A stretch of DNA of 64,000 nucleotides from Planctomycetota bacterium (GTDB lineage: Bacteria > Planctomycetota > UBA8742 > UBA2392). Location: NCBI GenBank assembly GCA_022071975.1, contig JAJVIO010000036.1, forward strand, positions 1,606-65,605, given 5' to 3'. A program made the position numbers and the translations under genes. Numbering within the stretch: position 1 is the stretch's first letter; each line of letters begins with the position of its first letter. Shown piece by piece: positions 1-7,615 of the stretch. The notes under the pieces are model-generated. The model was not told the origin of the DNA, ran no database searches, and saw nothing but the letters and a program-made list of their open reading frames with translations.

Positions 1-393
1 GGCGGATTAATGATCGGCGCGGCCTCGGCCTCGCTGCTGGCGCTGACGGCCAAGACGGCCGGCATCAGCGGAATTTTGGAAGGCATCCTGACGCGCGAAA
101 AGGGCGAACTGGGCTGGAAGGCCGCGTTCGTGCTGGGCCTGCTGGCCGGCGGCGTCGGGCTCGCGTTCCTGCTGCCCGAAAACCTGGCGCGCGAGGCCCT
201 GCGCCCCCTGCCGATGATGATCGTGGCCGGCCTGCTGGTCGGCTTCGGAACGCGCCTGGGCGGCGGCTGCACCAGCGGCCACGGCGTGTGCGGCATCGGG
301 CGGCTCAGCCTGCGCTCGATTCTCGGTACCGTCACCTTCATTGCGGCCGGCGCGCTCACGGTTGTGGTCGCGCGGCTGGTGGAGGGCTCGTGA
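1..393 (+). CDS. YeeE/YedE-family (sulfur-compound transport, DUF395-like) membrane protein, 5'-partial
   Basis: The frame is open from nt 1 (GGL precedes the listed Met at 10). The product is hydrophobic and carries the GGGCTSGHGVCG cysteine loop typical of YeeE/YedE half-proteins. Stop TGA 391-393 overlaps the next ATG. Confidence 0.7.
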   Translation, partial: GGLMIGAASASLLALTAKTAGISGILEGILTREKGELGWKAAFVLGLLAGGVGLAFLLPENLAREALRPLPMMIVAGLLVGFGTRLGGGCTSGHGVCGIGRLSLRSILGTVTFIAAGALTVVVARLVEGS

Positions 394-824
394 TGCGCAA
401 GAACATTGCCGCATTCTTCTGCGGGTTGCTGTTCGCGGCCGGGCTGGGCGTGTCGGGCATGACGCTTCCGACGCGCGTGGTTGGCTTTCTCGACTTCTTC
501 GGCGGCTGGGATTACTCGCTGATGTTCGTGATGGGCGGCGCGATCGCCGTGTACTTACCCGTCTGGTACGCCATGAAGTGCCGTAAGTCGGTGCTGGCGG
601 GCAACCTGCCGTGCAGCGCGCGCAAAGACACGGACGCGCGGCTGTTCATCGGCGCGAGCATCTTCGGCATCGGCTGGGGGCTGGCGGGGATCTGCCCCGG
701 CCCCGGCATTGTGCTGCTGGGAAGGCCAAGCGTCGAAACAGCGGCGTTCGTGGCCGCCATGCTGGCGGGCATGCTGGTTCACCGTGCGCTGCCGCGCAAG
801 CAGATCGCGGCCGCAACGGGTTGA
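393..824 (+). CDS. YeeE/YedE-family membrane protein (second half-gene of the pair)
   Basis: ATG at 393 overlaps the upstream stop (TGATG). Product MRKNIAAFFCGLLFAAGLGVSGMTLP...GIGWGLAGICPGPG has 4 predicted TM helices. The listed ORF start at 288 lies inside the upstream gene and was rejected. Confidence 0.7.
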   Translation: MRKNIAAFFCGLLFAAGLGVSGMTLPTRVVGFLDFFGGWDYSLMFVMGGAIAVYLPVWYAMKCRKSVLAGNLPCSARKDTDARLFIGASIFGIGWGLAGICPGPGIVLLGRPSVETAAFVAAMLAGMLVHRALPRKQIAAATG

Positions 825-858
825 AGCATCGCGCACGTCGTCCCGCTAAACTCATGCC

Positions 859-2439
859 ATGGATGCGGAGAGCGCCTACCTGTTCCGTCACGCGCTGGTG
901 CGCGAAGCTGCATATCAGTTGCAGCCGCCGGGCGACCGCGCGCAATTGCACGCATTCACAGTGCGCATCCTGCAGGACGACGCGAGAGTCGCGCCGCTGG
1001 ACCTCGCCGACCACGCGGCTTTCGCAGCGCTGGAGCCGCAATCCGTCATCCCCCCGGAGCAGCTGGAGGACATCGAGCTGCGGGCGCTGCAACGGGGCGT
1101 GGAGTTGGCCCGCACCCGCTTCGAGCCCGAGGTAGAGCTCGCCTGCCTGCGCCGCATGGCCACGCATTCGTGTGTCAGCGGCGATGAACGCGGCGAGTAC
1201 CGGCTGCAGCAGGTCAGTCCGCTGCTGACCCTCGGCCGGCTGGCGGAGTGCATCGCCGTCTGCACCGAAGTCGCGGGCGCATCGGAGGGCAAGCTCAAGT
1301 TCCGCGCACTGAACCGCCTGGGTGAGATGCAGCGCAACGGCGGAAACATGAAGGAAGCCGAAGAGGCCCTGGGCCAATCCGAAGCTGTCGCGCCGCCCGA
1401 CGCCGAGTCGCAGGCGACCATGCTTTTGAGCCGCGCGCGCCTGCAACTGCTACGCAACGAACTTGCCCCCGCGGCCGAGAACCTGCAGAAGGCCGAAGCC
1501 CTGGCGCGCGCCGAGGGCGCATGGGCGCTCGTTGCCAACACGCTGAGCGCGCTGGCGATCCTGTACCGCACGAAAGAAGAGTACTCGACTGCGCTGGCGT
1601 GCCTTGACCGGCTGGAGCAACTGCCCCTTGAAGACGGATCGGCCTCTCGAATCACCAGCAACGCAAGAGGAAACGTGTTGTGGCGCCAGGGACGAAACCG
1701 TGAAGCGGAAACACAGTACCGCGAGGCCGTGAGGCTCGCGCGCGAGATGGGCGACGTACCCGGCCAGGCCATCGCGCTGGGCAACCTGGGGAACATTCAC
1801 ATGGATCGCGAGGAGTCCTCCGACGCCGAGGAGTGCTACACGGCCGCCATCGCCATGTGTCAGGAAATCGGACTGCAGTCGCACGCCGCGCTGTACACCA
1901 TGGCATTGGGGGGCGTGCACCGAAAGCGCGGCGCGTACGTCGCGGCGCTGGCGGCTTACGACAAGGCCGAATCGTTCATGGTAGCAGCGGGAAACCTGGC
2001 GGAGGCTTCCAGCGTCGTTGCGAACAAGGGTTTGGTGCTGCAGGACATGGGGCGAAACACGGAGGCGCTGTATGAGTTCCAGCGCGCCGAGCAGCTCGCG
2101 CGCGAGGCCCATGCTCCGCTGCAAGTCGCCTCACACATCTCGCGCCAGGCGGACCTGTATGGCGCTGAGGGGCGTCTCGCGCAAGCCGTGGAGCTGTACC
2201 GGCAGAGCCTTGAGACCCGCCGCGGACACGGGGCTGAGATCAACCGCCTGGATGCGCAAATCCAGGTCGCATTGGCGGAGGCCCTGCACGAACTGGGTCG
2301 CAGGCAGGAAGCGCGCGACGCAGTAAAAATCGCGCGCCGGTATGCCGACCAGTGCAACCTGCAAGCCCAAGCCACCCGCACCACCGTGCAGCGTTCAATG
2401 GCAACCCTGCAACGCCTCGAAGCGGAACTGCTGCACTGA
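859..2439 (+). CDS. Tetratricopeptide-repeat (TPR) protein, possibly an N-terminally truncated STAND/TPR family member
   Basis: 526-aa ORF with repeated A-x-x-x-Y/L-x-x-A-L TPR-like units (e.g. GQAIALGNLGNIHMDREESSDAEECYTAAIAMCQEIG). It begins with LFRHALVREAAY, which normally sits at the end of an NTPase module. An in-frame stop lies at 847-849. Confidence 0.7.
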   Translation: MDAESAYLFRHALVREAAYQLQPPGDRAQLHAFTVRILQDDARVAPLDLADHAAFAALEPQSVIPPEQLEDIELRALQRGVELARTRFEPEVELACLRRMATHSCVSGDERGEYRLQQVSPLLTLGRLAECIAVCTEVAGASEGKLKFRALNRLGEMQRNGGNMKEAEEALGQSEAVAPPDAESQATMLLSRARLQLLRNELAPAAENLQKAEALARAEGAWALVANTLSALAILYRTKEEYSTALACLDRLEQLPLEDGSASRITSNARGNVLWRQGRNREAETQYREAVRLAREMGDVPGQAIALGNLGNIHMDREESSDAEECYTAAIAMCQEIGLQSHAALYTMALGGVHRKRGAYVAALAAYDKAESFMVAAGNLAEASSVVANKGLVLQDMGRNTEALYEFQRAEQLAREAHAPLQVASHISRQADLYGAEGRLAQAVELYRQSLETRRGHGAEINRLDAQIQVALAEALHELGRRQEARDAVKIARRYADQCNLQAQATRTTVQRSMATLQRLEAELLH

Positions 2440-2464
2440 TCGTTTGCTGCATACCGGGCAATAC

Positions 2465-2493
2465 GGGGACAGGTACCCAGGGTACCTGTCCCC
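2465..2493. terminator. Perfect 14-bp inverted repeat between convergent genes (putative bidirectional terminator hairpin)
   Basis: GGGGACAGGTACCC-A-GGGTACCTGTCCCC lies between stop 2439 (+) and stop 2501 (-). No clear U-tract follows on either side. Confidence 0.45.
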
Positions 2494-2500
2494 GATTGCT

Positions 2501-3292
2501 CTACATCGGCGCCGGGGTCATCAGGGCCACGACCGCCCCTGTGGGGTCCATGATCTGCATGAAACGTCCTACGTTGGGGATGTCCATCACCGGCACCAGC
2601 AGTTGCGCGCCCAGTTTCTGGGCGGCTTCGGCGGCCTTGTCTACGTTCGGCACGTGGATGTAGCCGACCCAGCAGGAAGGCGCCTCGGCGGGCACCTCGG
2701 CCGGCATCGGCATGCCGCCGCCGGCGTTGGCGCCGCGCACCTGGAACAGCGTGTATTCGCCGCCGGGCATGGGCATCTTCATGGCGCTCCAGCCCAGCAG
2801 GTTGCTGTAGAACTTCGCGGCCTTGGCGAAGTCGCGGCTCATGAGCTCGACCCACAGGAAGCTGCCGGCGTCGGCGCATGGCGGTTCGGCGGCACGCTTT
2901 TCCGGCTGCATCAGGTAGAGGTGCGCGCCGGCGGGGTCCTGGGCCGGGAAGAAACGCCCGATGCCAGGAGCGTCGATGATGTCGTGCAGCGCCTTGCCGC
3001 CCAGCTCACGCACGCGCTGGTGCGCGGAAGCGGCGTCTTCCACGTCGATGTAGTAGGCCCAGTGCGAGGGCAACTCTCCCCACTCGGGGCCACTCATCTG
3101 GGCCATGCCGCCGACCTTTTTGTCGCCGACTTTCAGCAGCGTGTAGATGCCGCCCGGGCCCATGTCCACTTCCTCATAGTTCCAGCCGACAACTTTGGCG
3201 TAGAAGTCTTTGGCCTTCTTCAGGTCGCGGGTCCAGCACTCCCACCACATGAAGCTGCCGGGCCCGAAGGCTGGTTTGGGTTGCTCGCTCAT
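2501..3292 (-). CDS. VOC (glyoxalase/bleomycin-resistance/dioxygenase) family protein, two-domain
   Basis: Start MSEQPKP at 3292 is preceded by a GGAGAG RBS (reverse complement of ctctcc). Two similar halves (FMWWECWTRDLKKAKDFYAKVVGW... and FLWVELMSRDFAKAAKFYSNLLGW...) are typical of VOC proteins. The upstream 160 codons of the listed 423-aa ORF are Arg/Pro-rich shadow sequence. Confidence 0.85.
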   Translation of the reverse strand: MSEQPKPAFGPGSFMWWECWTRDLKKAKDFYAKVVGWNYEEVDMGPGGIYTLLKVGDKKVGGMAQMSGPEWGELPSHWAYYIDVEDAASAHQRVRELGGKALHDIIDAPGIGRFFPAQDPAGAHLYLMQPEKRAAEPPCADAGSFLWVELMSRDFAKAAKFYSNLLGWSAMKMPMPGGEYTLFQVRGANAGGGMPMPAEVPAEAPSCWVGYIHVPNVDKAAEAAQKLGAQLLVPVMDIPNVGRFMQIMDPTGAVVALMTPAPM

Positions 3293-3451
3293 TTTCTCTC
3301 CTTTGTCTGGTCCGGGTTGCTTATACAACATTCCCGCCCCGGCCGAAGCGGAACACGGAATCTTTAACATTGCCTGCGACACGGACGGCCGAGACCGGCT
3401 CCGGGATACGGAAAAAACCGCCGGGCGTTCAAATGCTAAACTGGGGTTGCC

Positions 3452-3787
3452 ATGGAACACGGCTTCGACATCTGGCTTGCCATCCTCGGGGCGCCGCTGC
3501 TCTGGTGCTTCGGCATGCTGGTGGCCCTGTGCGCGTGGTCCGGCCGTATCACGCGCGGCAGCGCCTTGTGGCTGCTGGCGCCGGTGTTCTGGCCGCTGGC
3601 CTTGCCGCTTTGGCTGCTGGTGTTCCGGCGCGAACGTCGGGAAGCCGCGGCCTACCAGGCACTGCCGCACGCAGTGCGCCTGGTGCCGGAAGGCGTGCCC
3701 TACGGCTCGCCGCTTTCGTCCGGGCTTGTTAATGCGCTTGAGCTGGAGCGCGTCCGCCGTGTGTTCCGCCACGAAAAGCGGGTTTAG
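3452..3787 (+). CDS. Small hypothetical membrane protein
   Basis: 111-aa ORF with G/C at almost every third position and two Trp/Leu-rich hydrophobic helices. No family recognised. Confidence 0.5.
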   Translation: MEHGFDIWLAILGAPLLWCFGMLVALCAWSGRITRGSALWLLAPVFWPLALPLWLLVFRRERREAAAYQALPHAVRLVPEGVPYGSPLSSGLVNALELERVRRVFRHEKRV

Positions 3788-3790
3788 ACG

Positions 3791-4732
3791 TTACATGCTC
3801 GGGTACCGGTAGCCGTTATCGACCAGCGGCAGGCCCAGCGCTTCCGTGACCTCCTTCAGCGTCTCCGGGCAGAAGTAATAGTAGCGCAGGTCGGCCATGC
3901 CGCCCCGGTCGCTCACGAACCTCAGCACGTCGCGCACAACCCTTTTGCCTTCCACGCTGTACCACAGCACCACGATCGGCTCGCCCAGGTACTCGCGGCG
4001 CTCGGCCGTCGGCTCGCCTTCCTCGTCGAACACGGTGTGGTGCAGGCTGCCGTCGCGGATCTGCTCGCGCCCGTACTCCTGCACCATGCCGACCACCTCG
4101 GCCGTGGCGTCCTCCAGCATCAGGCCGGCCAGGCGCTGTAAATCGCGCGCGTTGAAAGCCTCGCACCAGGCGTCCAGCAGCGCGGTGTCCACCCGGGCCG
4201 GAAGCTGCGCCGGCGGCTGCTCGCGCCGCTCAGCCAGTGCCGCGCGGCCGCGGTGCAGGGCAGCTTTCACGGCGCCCACGGTGGACTGCATGTAGCCCGC
4301 GCAATCCTGCAGGCTGAAGCCGAACACGTCTTTGAGCAGCACGGCCGCGCGCTCCACGGGCGGCAAAGTGTGCGCCAGCCGCGCGACGGCCTCGCGGACT
4401 TCGCCCGGCAGGGGCTGGGGTTCGGGCGCCTGCATGTCGGCCTCCGGCAGTTCGGCGTTGTCGCGCCGGGCGCGCACGACGTCGATCCAGTGGTTGGTGG
4501 CGACGCGGAACAGCCAGGCACGCGGGTTGTCCACCTGCCAGTGCACGTCGGCCAGCTTTCCGAACGCTTTCAGCAGCGTGTCCTGTACCAGGTCTTCGGC
4601 GTCCCACACGTTGCGTGTGAGCGAGCGGCAGTATCGATACAGTTCCGGCCGCAGGGGCTCGATCTGGTTCAGGAACTGGCGGCGCGCTTTACGTACGACG
4701 ACGGTGAAGACTTTGCTGACGGGCTCGGTCAC
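3791..4732 (-). CDS. ECF-type RNA polymerase sigma-70 factor with fused C-terminal SnoaL/NTF2-like extension (ECF41/SigJ-like architecture)
   Basis: GTG start at 4732 is preceded by GGGAG. Region 2 (DAEDLVQDTLLKAF...NHWIDVVRARR) and region 4 (LPPVERAAVLLKDVFGFSLQDCAGYMQSTVGAVKAALHRGR) are present, followed by about 130 aa of C-terminal extension. Confidence 0.85.
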   Translation of the reverse strand: MTEPVSKVFTVVVRKARRQFLNQIEPLRPELYRYCRSLTRNVWDAEDLVQDTLLKAFGKLADVHWQVDNPRAWLFRVATNHWIDVVRARRDNAELPEADMQAPEPQPLPGEVREAVARLAHTLPPVERAAVLLKDVFGFSLQDCAGYMQSTVGAVKAALHRGRAALAERREQPPAQLPARVDTALLDAWCEAFNARDLQRLAGLMLEDATAEVVGMVQEYGREQIRDGSLHHTVFDEEGEPTAERREYLGEPIVVLWYSVEGKRVVRDVLRFVSDRGGMADLRYYYFCPETLKEVTEALGLPLVDNGYRYPSM

Positions 4733-4797
4733 GGCTGGCTCCCTGTTACCATGCTGGTGACGGGCAAGTCCGCCAACAGGATACGGAAAATCCCGCT

Positions 4798-5178
4798 TCA
4801 GCCCGACGCCTTGGCCTGCATGGCCAGTACGGCCGTGACCCACAGCAGGAAGCGCAACACGAAAAAGACGGCGGCGATGCGTTTGTGGAAGGTCTTGGGT
4901 TTGCCGGCGCTGACCTTGCCGCCGCTGTAGATCAGCATGGGGTACCAGGGCACCAGGATGGTGGCGATGATGATGTGCACAACCAGCCATGGCCCCATGG
5001 GCGCGAACAGCTGGCCGGTGGCCTTGCGGTCGAGTTCAATGAACAGCAGCAGCGCGAAGTCAAGCGCGAAGCCGAAGGTCATCCACAGCATGTGCAGCGG
5101 GTGCCGGCGCTTGAAGAAAACACCGCCCACCAGCCACAGGAAGACACCGCCGTTCAGAATCGTGAACAGGTGATTCAT
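4798..5178 (-). CDS. Hypothetical 4-TM membrane protein immediately upstream of the ECF sigma gene
   Basis: Start MNHLFTILNGG at 5178. The product has four hydrophobic helices, strong GC3 bias, and lies on the same strand 66 nt upstream of the sigma gene. Confidence 0.6.
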   Translation of the reverse strand: MNHLFTILNGGVFLWLVGGVFFKRRHPLHMLWMTFGFALDFALLLFIELDRKATGQLFAPMGPWLVVHIIIATILVPWYPMLIYSGGKVSAGKPKTFHKRIAAVFFVLRFLLWVTAVLAMQAKASG

Positions 5179-5344
5179 GGACGTTTCGTACAAAGTCCGG
5201 AGTTCAGAGTACAGAGCCGGAGATGCTGCGCGCATCGTGAGTAAAGGTGCCCACCAGCTTCGGCCCGGACTGAACACCGGTTCAGTGCATGTGTAGGTCC
5301 AACCTGACCTGTACTTTGGACCCTGTACTCGGTACCCATACTCC

Positions 5345-6229
5345 ATGGACCGCGTCATCACATCCGCTGCCGAAGTTCCCGCAGCGATCCAGGCCGCCGT
5401 CGAGCGTCCGCCCTGCCGGCGGGTGCTGATGGCCTCGCCGAAGCACTTCAAGGTCGAAAGCGCTATCAACCCCTGGATGCGCGATGAACGGGGCGCACTC
5501 AACCAGGTGGACACTACCCGCGCCCGTGAGCAATGGCGCGCCCTGCGCGCGGCCTACGAGCGCATCGCGATCCGCGTAGACGTGATTGAGGCGCCCGTCG
5601 GCCTGCCCGACTTCTGTTTCGCCGCAAACCAGAGCCTGGCGCTGCCCGGCGTGGTGGTGCTGTCACGCATGGCCAGCGACGAGCGGCGCCGCGAGGTACG
5701 CTATTTCGAGCACTGGTACAGGCAGCACGGCTACGAGTTGCTGCAGCTGCCCGATGAAATCACGCGTTTCGAAGGCACCGGTGACGCGATCCTGCACCCG
5801 GGCCGCAAGCTGATCTGGGGCGGGGTCGGGCCGCGCACCGAGGAAGCTGCCTGGTCGGTCATCGCGCGCGAGACCGGAACGGATGTGATCCTGCTGCGCC
5901 TTGTGGATCCGCGCTTCTACCACCTGGACACCTGCCTGTGCCTGCTGGACGAACGCAGCGCGCTGTGGGTTCCGCATGCCTTTGACGATGCTTCGCGGGC
6001 ATCGATTGAGGCCGGCTTCAGCCGCCTGCACGCCGTGAGCGACGCCGACGCCGCGAACTTCGCGTGCAACGCCCACTGCCCGGATGCGCGCCACGTGCTG
6101 CTGCAGCAGGGCAGCAGCGAGACGGTGGCGTGGCTGAAGAGCGCCGGCTTCGTGCCGCTCGAGCTGGACACCGGCGAGTTCATGAAATCCGGCGGCAGTG
6201 TCTTCTGCCTGAAGCAAGAATTGCCGTAG
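5345..6229 (+). CDS. Amidinotransferase / dimethylarginine dimethylaminohydrolase-like enzyme (guanidino-group-modifying enzyme superfamily)
   Basis: Motifs FCFAANQ, FEGTGD, FYHLDTCL and C-terminal GGSVFCL (catalytic Cys context). The start could instead be the internal Met of VLMASPKHF. Confidence 0.75.
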   Translation: MDRVITSAAEVPAAIQAAVERPPCRRVLMASPKHFKVESAINPWMRDERGALNQVDTTRAREQWRALRAAYERIAIRVDVIEAPVGLPDFCFAANQSLALPGVVVLSRMASDERRREVRYFEHWYRQHGYELLQLPDEITRFEGTGDAILHPGRKLIWGGVGPRTEEAAWSVIARETGTDVILLRLVDPRFYHLDTCLCLLDERSALWVPHAFDDASRASIEAGFSRLHAVSDADAANFACNAHCPDARHVLLQQGSSETVAWLKSAGFVPLELDTGEFMKSGGSVFCLKQELP

Positions 6230-6424
6230 CAGGCGGGAACGCGCGTAAATCAACGCCGCGGCGAGGCGCAGACGCCACGCAATGCGTCAATTTGGCCCTT
6301 CGCCGAAACGCGATGGCCGGGCGAATCGCACCTGTTGCGTAGTTCATACGTTTCTACACTTAAGGAATGGGGCGGCGGCAAGATCGCCCCTTTGCGATCC
6401 CCGTGGCCCGCCCCTGGGTCCGTT

Positions 6425-7615
6425 ATGCTGCTGCAGTTCTGCGACAAGTGTGGACGCCCCCTCAGCGAAGGCTGCATCGCGCGAGGCGAAGCCATTGAAC
6501 GCAAGGGCGAACTGGTCTGCTCGGCCTGTGTGGCGCGCGAACAATCAAGCGCTGCCGTGCAGGCTGCCGCGCAGCAGGACACGGGGCCGCTGGGCCACTA
6601 CCAGCAGGCGGTCTGGAGCTGCGAGTCCTGCGGCATACCCGTCACGGCACTCGACCTGATTGAAGGGCGCGCCTCCCGCGTGGGCGGCCAGCTCAAATGC
6701 TCGCGCTGCGCGCCGTTGGTGCAGGCGGCCCCCGCCGCACAGCCCGCACTCCCGGCTGCGCCTCGCCCCGCTCCTGTCCGACCTGCACCTCAGCGCCAGT
6801 CGCCCAGCCTGCCCCGGCGCGCATCGGCCGTGCCGAAGCACTCGCACGCGGCCGCAGAGAGCTATGTGGCCGCGGCGAGCACGGAGCAAAAGCGCCCGGT
6901 TCTGCCGATCGTGGTGTTCGCCATCATCCTGCCGATGTTCGCGGTCAGCCTGTACTTCGCGATCTCGTCGCAGGTGAAGCTGAACGAAGTCATGAGCGGC
7001 AAAGTCGAGGATAATGCGCCGGACCGTCGCAACCGCCGTCCCCAGGAAACCCTGCGCTCCGAACCCGACAGCGTCTCTCCCCGGCCGCTGCCCGACGGCC
7101 AACCAACGCAACCGCCGCCGAATCCGGGACCGGGACCGCTTCCGCTGCCTGAGCCGACTTCGGTACCCGGCGCCGGCCCTGAGCCCGTGCCGCTTCCGCC
7201 CGAGGTCGTGAACGACCTGGTGGCGATTGAGCAGCAACTGGCCGCGCCGGTAATCAACCAGCTGCAGAGCAGTGACCTGGGCGAGGTGTGGGAAGGTTTG
7301 ATCGCTGCGGGTTCGCGCCGGCTGATTGCCTGCCGCCCCCACGTGCGCGCCCTGCTGCGCGACCAGGACGACCAGACTCGCGCCATGGCGTGCCGCGTGG
7401 CGGCCATGCTCGAAGACCGCGAGGCCCTGCCGCGCCTGAAGAGCATGCAGGAACAGGACCCCAGCGAAGACGTGCGCACGGAAGCGCGCAAAGCCACGGA
7501 CCGGCTGGTGGGCCAGGCCACCCGTGAAATCGGGGATCTCACCGACGCCGAGCTCGAGAAAATGCTGCGCGACCTGCAGCGCGAGCTGGAACGCAGGAAG
7601 GGACGCAGTGACTGA
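6425..7615 (+). CDS. Hypothetical protein: two CxxC...CxxC zinc-ribbon-like units, one TM helix, Pro-rich linker, C-terminal HEAT-like repeats
   Basis: The N-terminus reads MLLQFCDKCGRPL...LVCSACV and CESCGIPV...LKCSRCA. This is followed by TM helix LPIVVFAIILPMFAVSLYFAI, a PxP-rich stretch, and RALLRDQDDQTRAMACRVAAMLEDREALPRL. Start chosen at ATG 6425. Confidence 0.6.
   Translation: MLLQFCDKCGRPLSEGCIARGEAIERKGELVCSACVAREQSSAAVQAAAQQDTGPLGHYQQAVWSCESCGIPVTALDLIEGRASRVGGQLKCSRCAPLVQAAPAAQPALPAAPRPAPVRPAPQRQSPSLPRRASAVPKHSHAAAESYVAAASTEQKRPVLPIVVFAIILPMFAVSLYFAISSQVKLNEVMSGKVEDNAPDRRNRRPQETLRSEPDSVSPRPLPDGQPTQPPPNPGPGPLPLPEPTSVPGAGPEPVPLPPEVVNDLVAIEQQLAAPVINQLQSSDLGEVWEGLIAAGSRRLIACRPHVRALLRDQDDQTRAMACRVAAMLEDREALPRLKSMQEQDPSEDVRTEARKATDRLVGQATREIGDLTDAELEKMLRDLQRELERRKGRSD

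Noticed and set aside
2501-3772. Full 423-aa ORF as listed
   Set aside because: Only the last 263 codons (from ATG 3292, which has an RBS) show VOC-family sequence. The N-terminal 160 residues are Arg/Gln/Pro-rich and overlap the separately coding + strand ORF 3452-3787 region.
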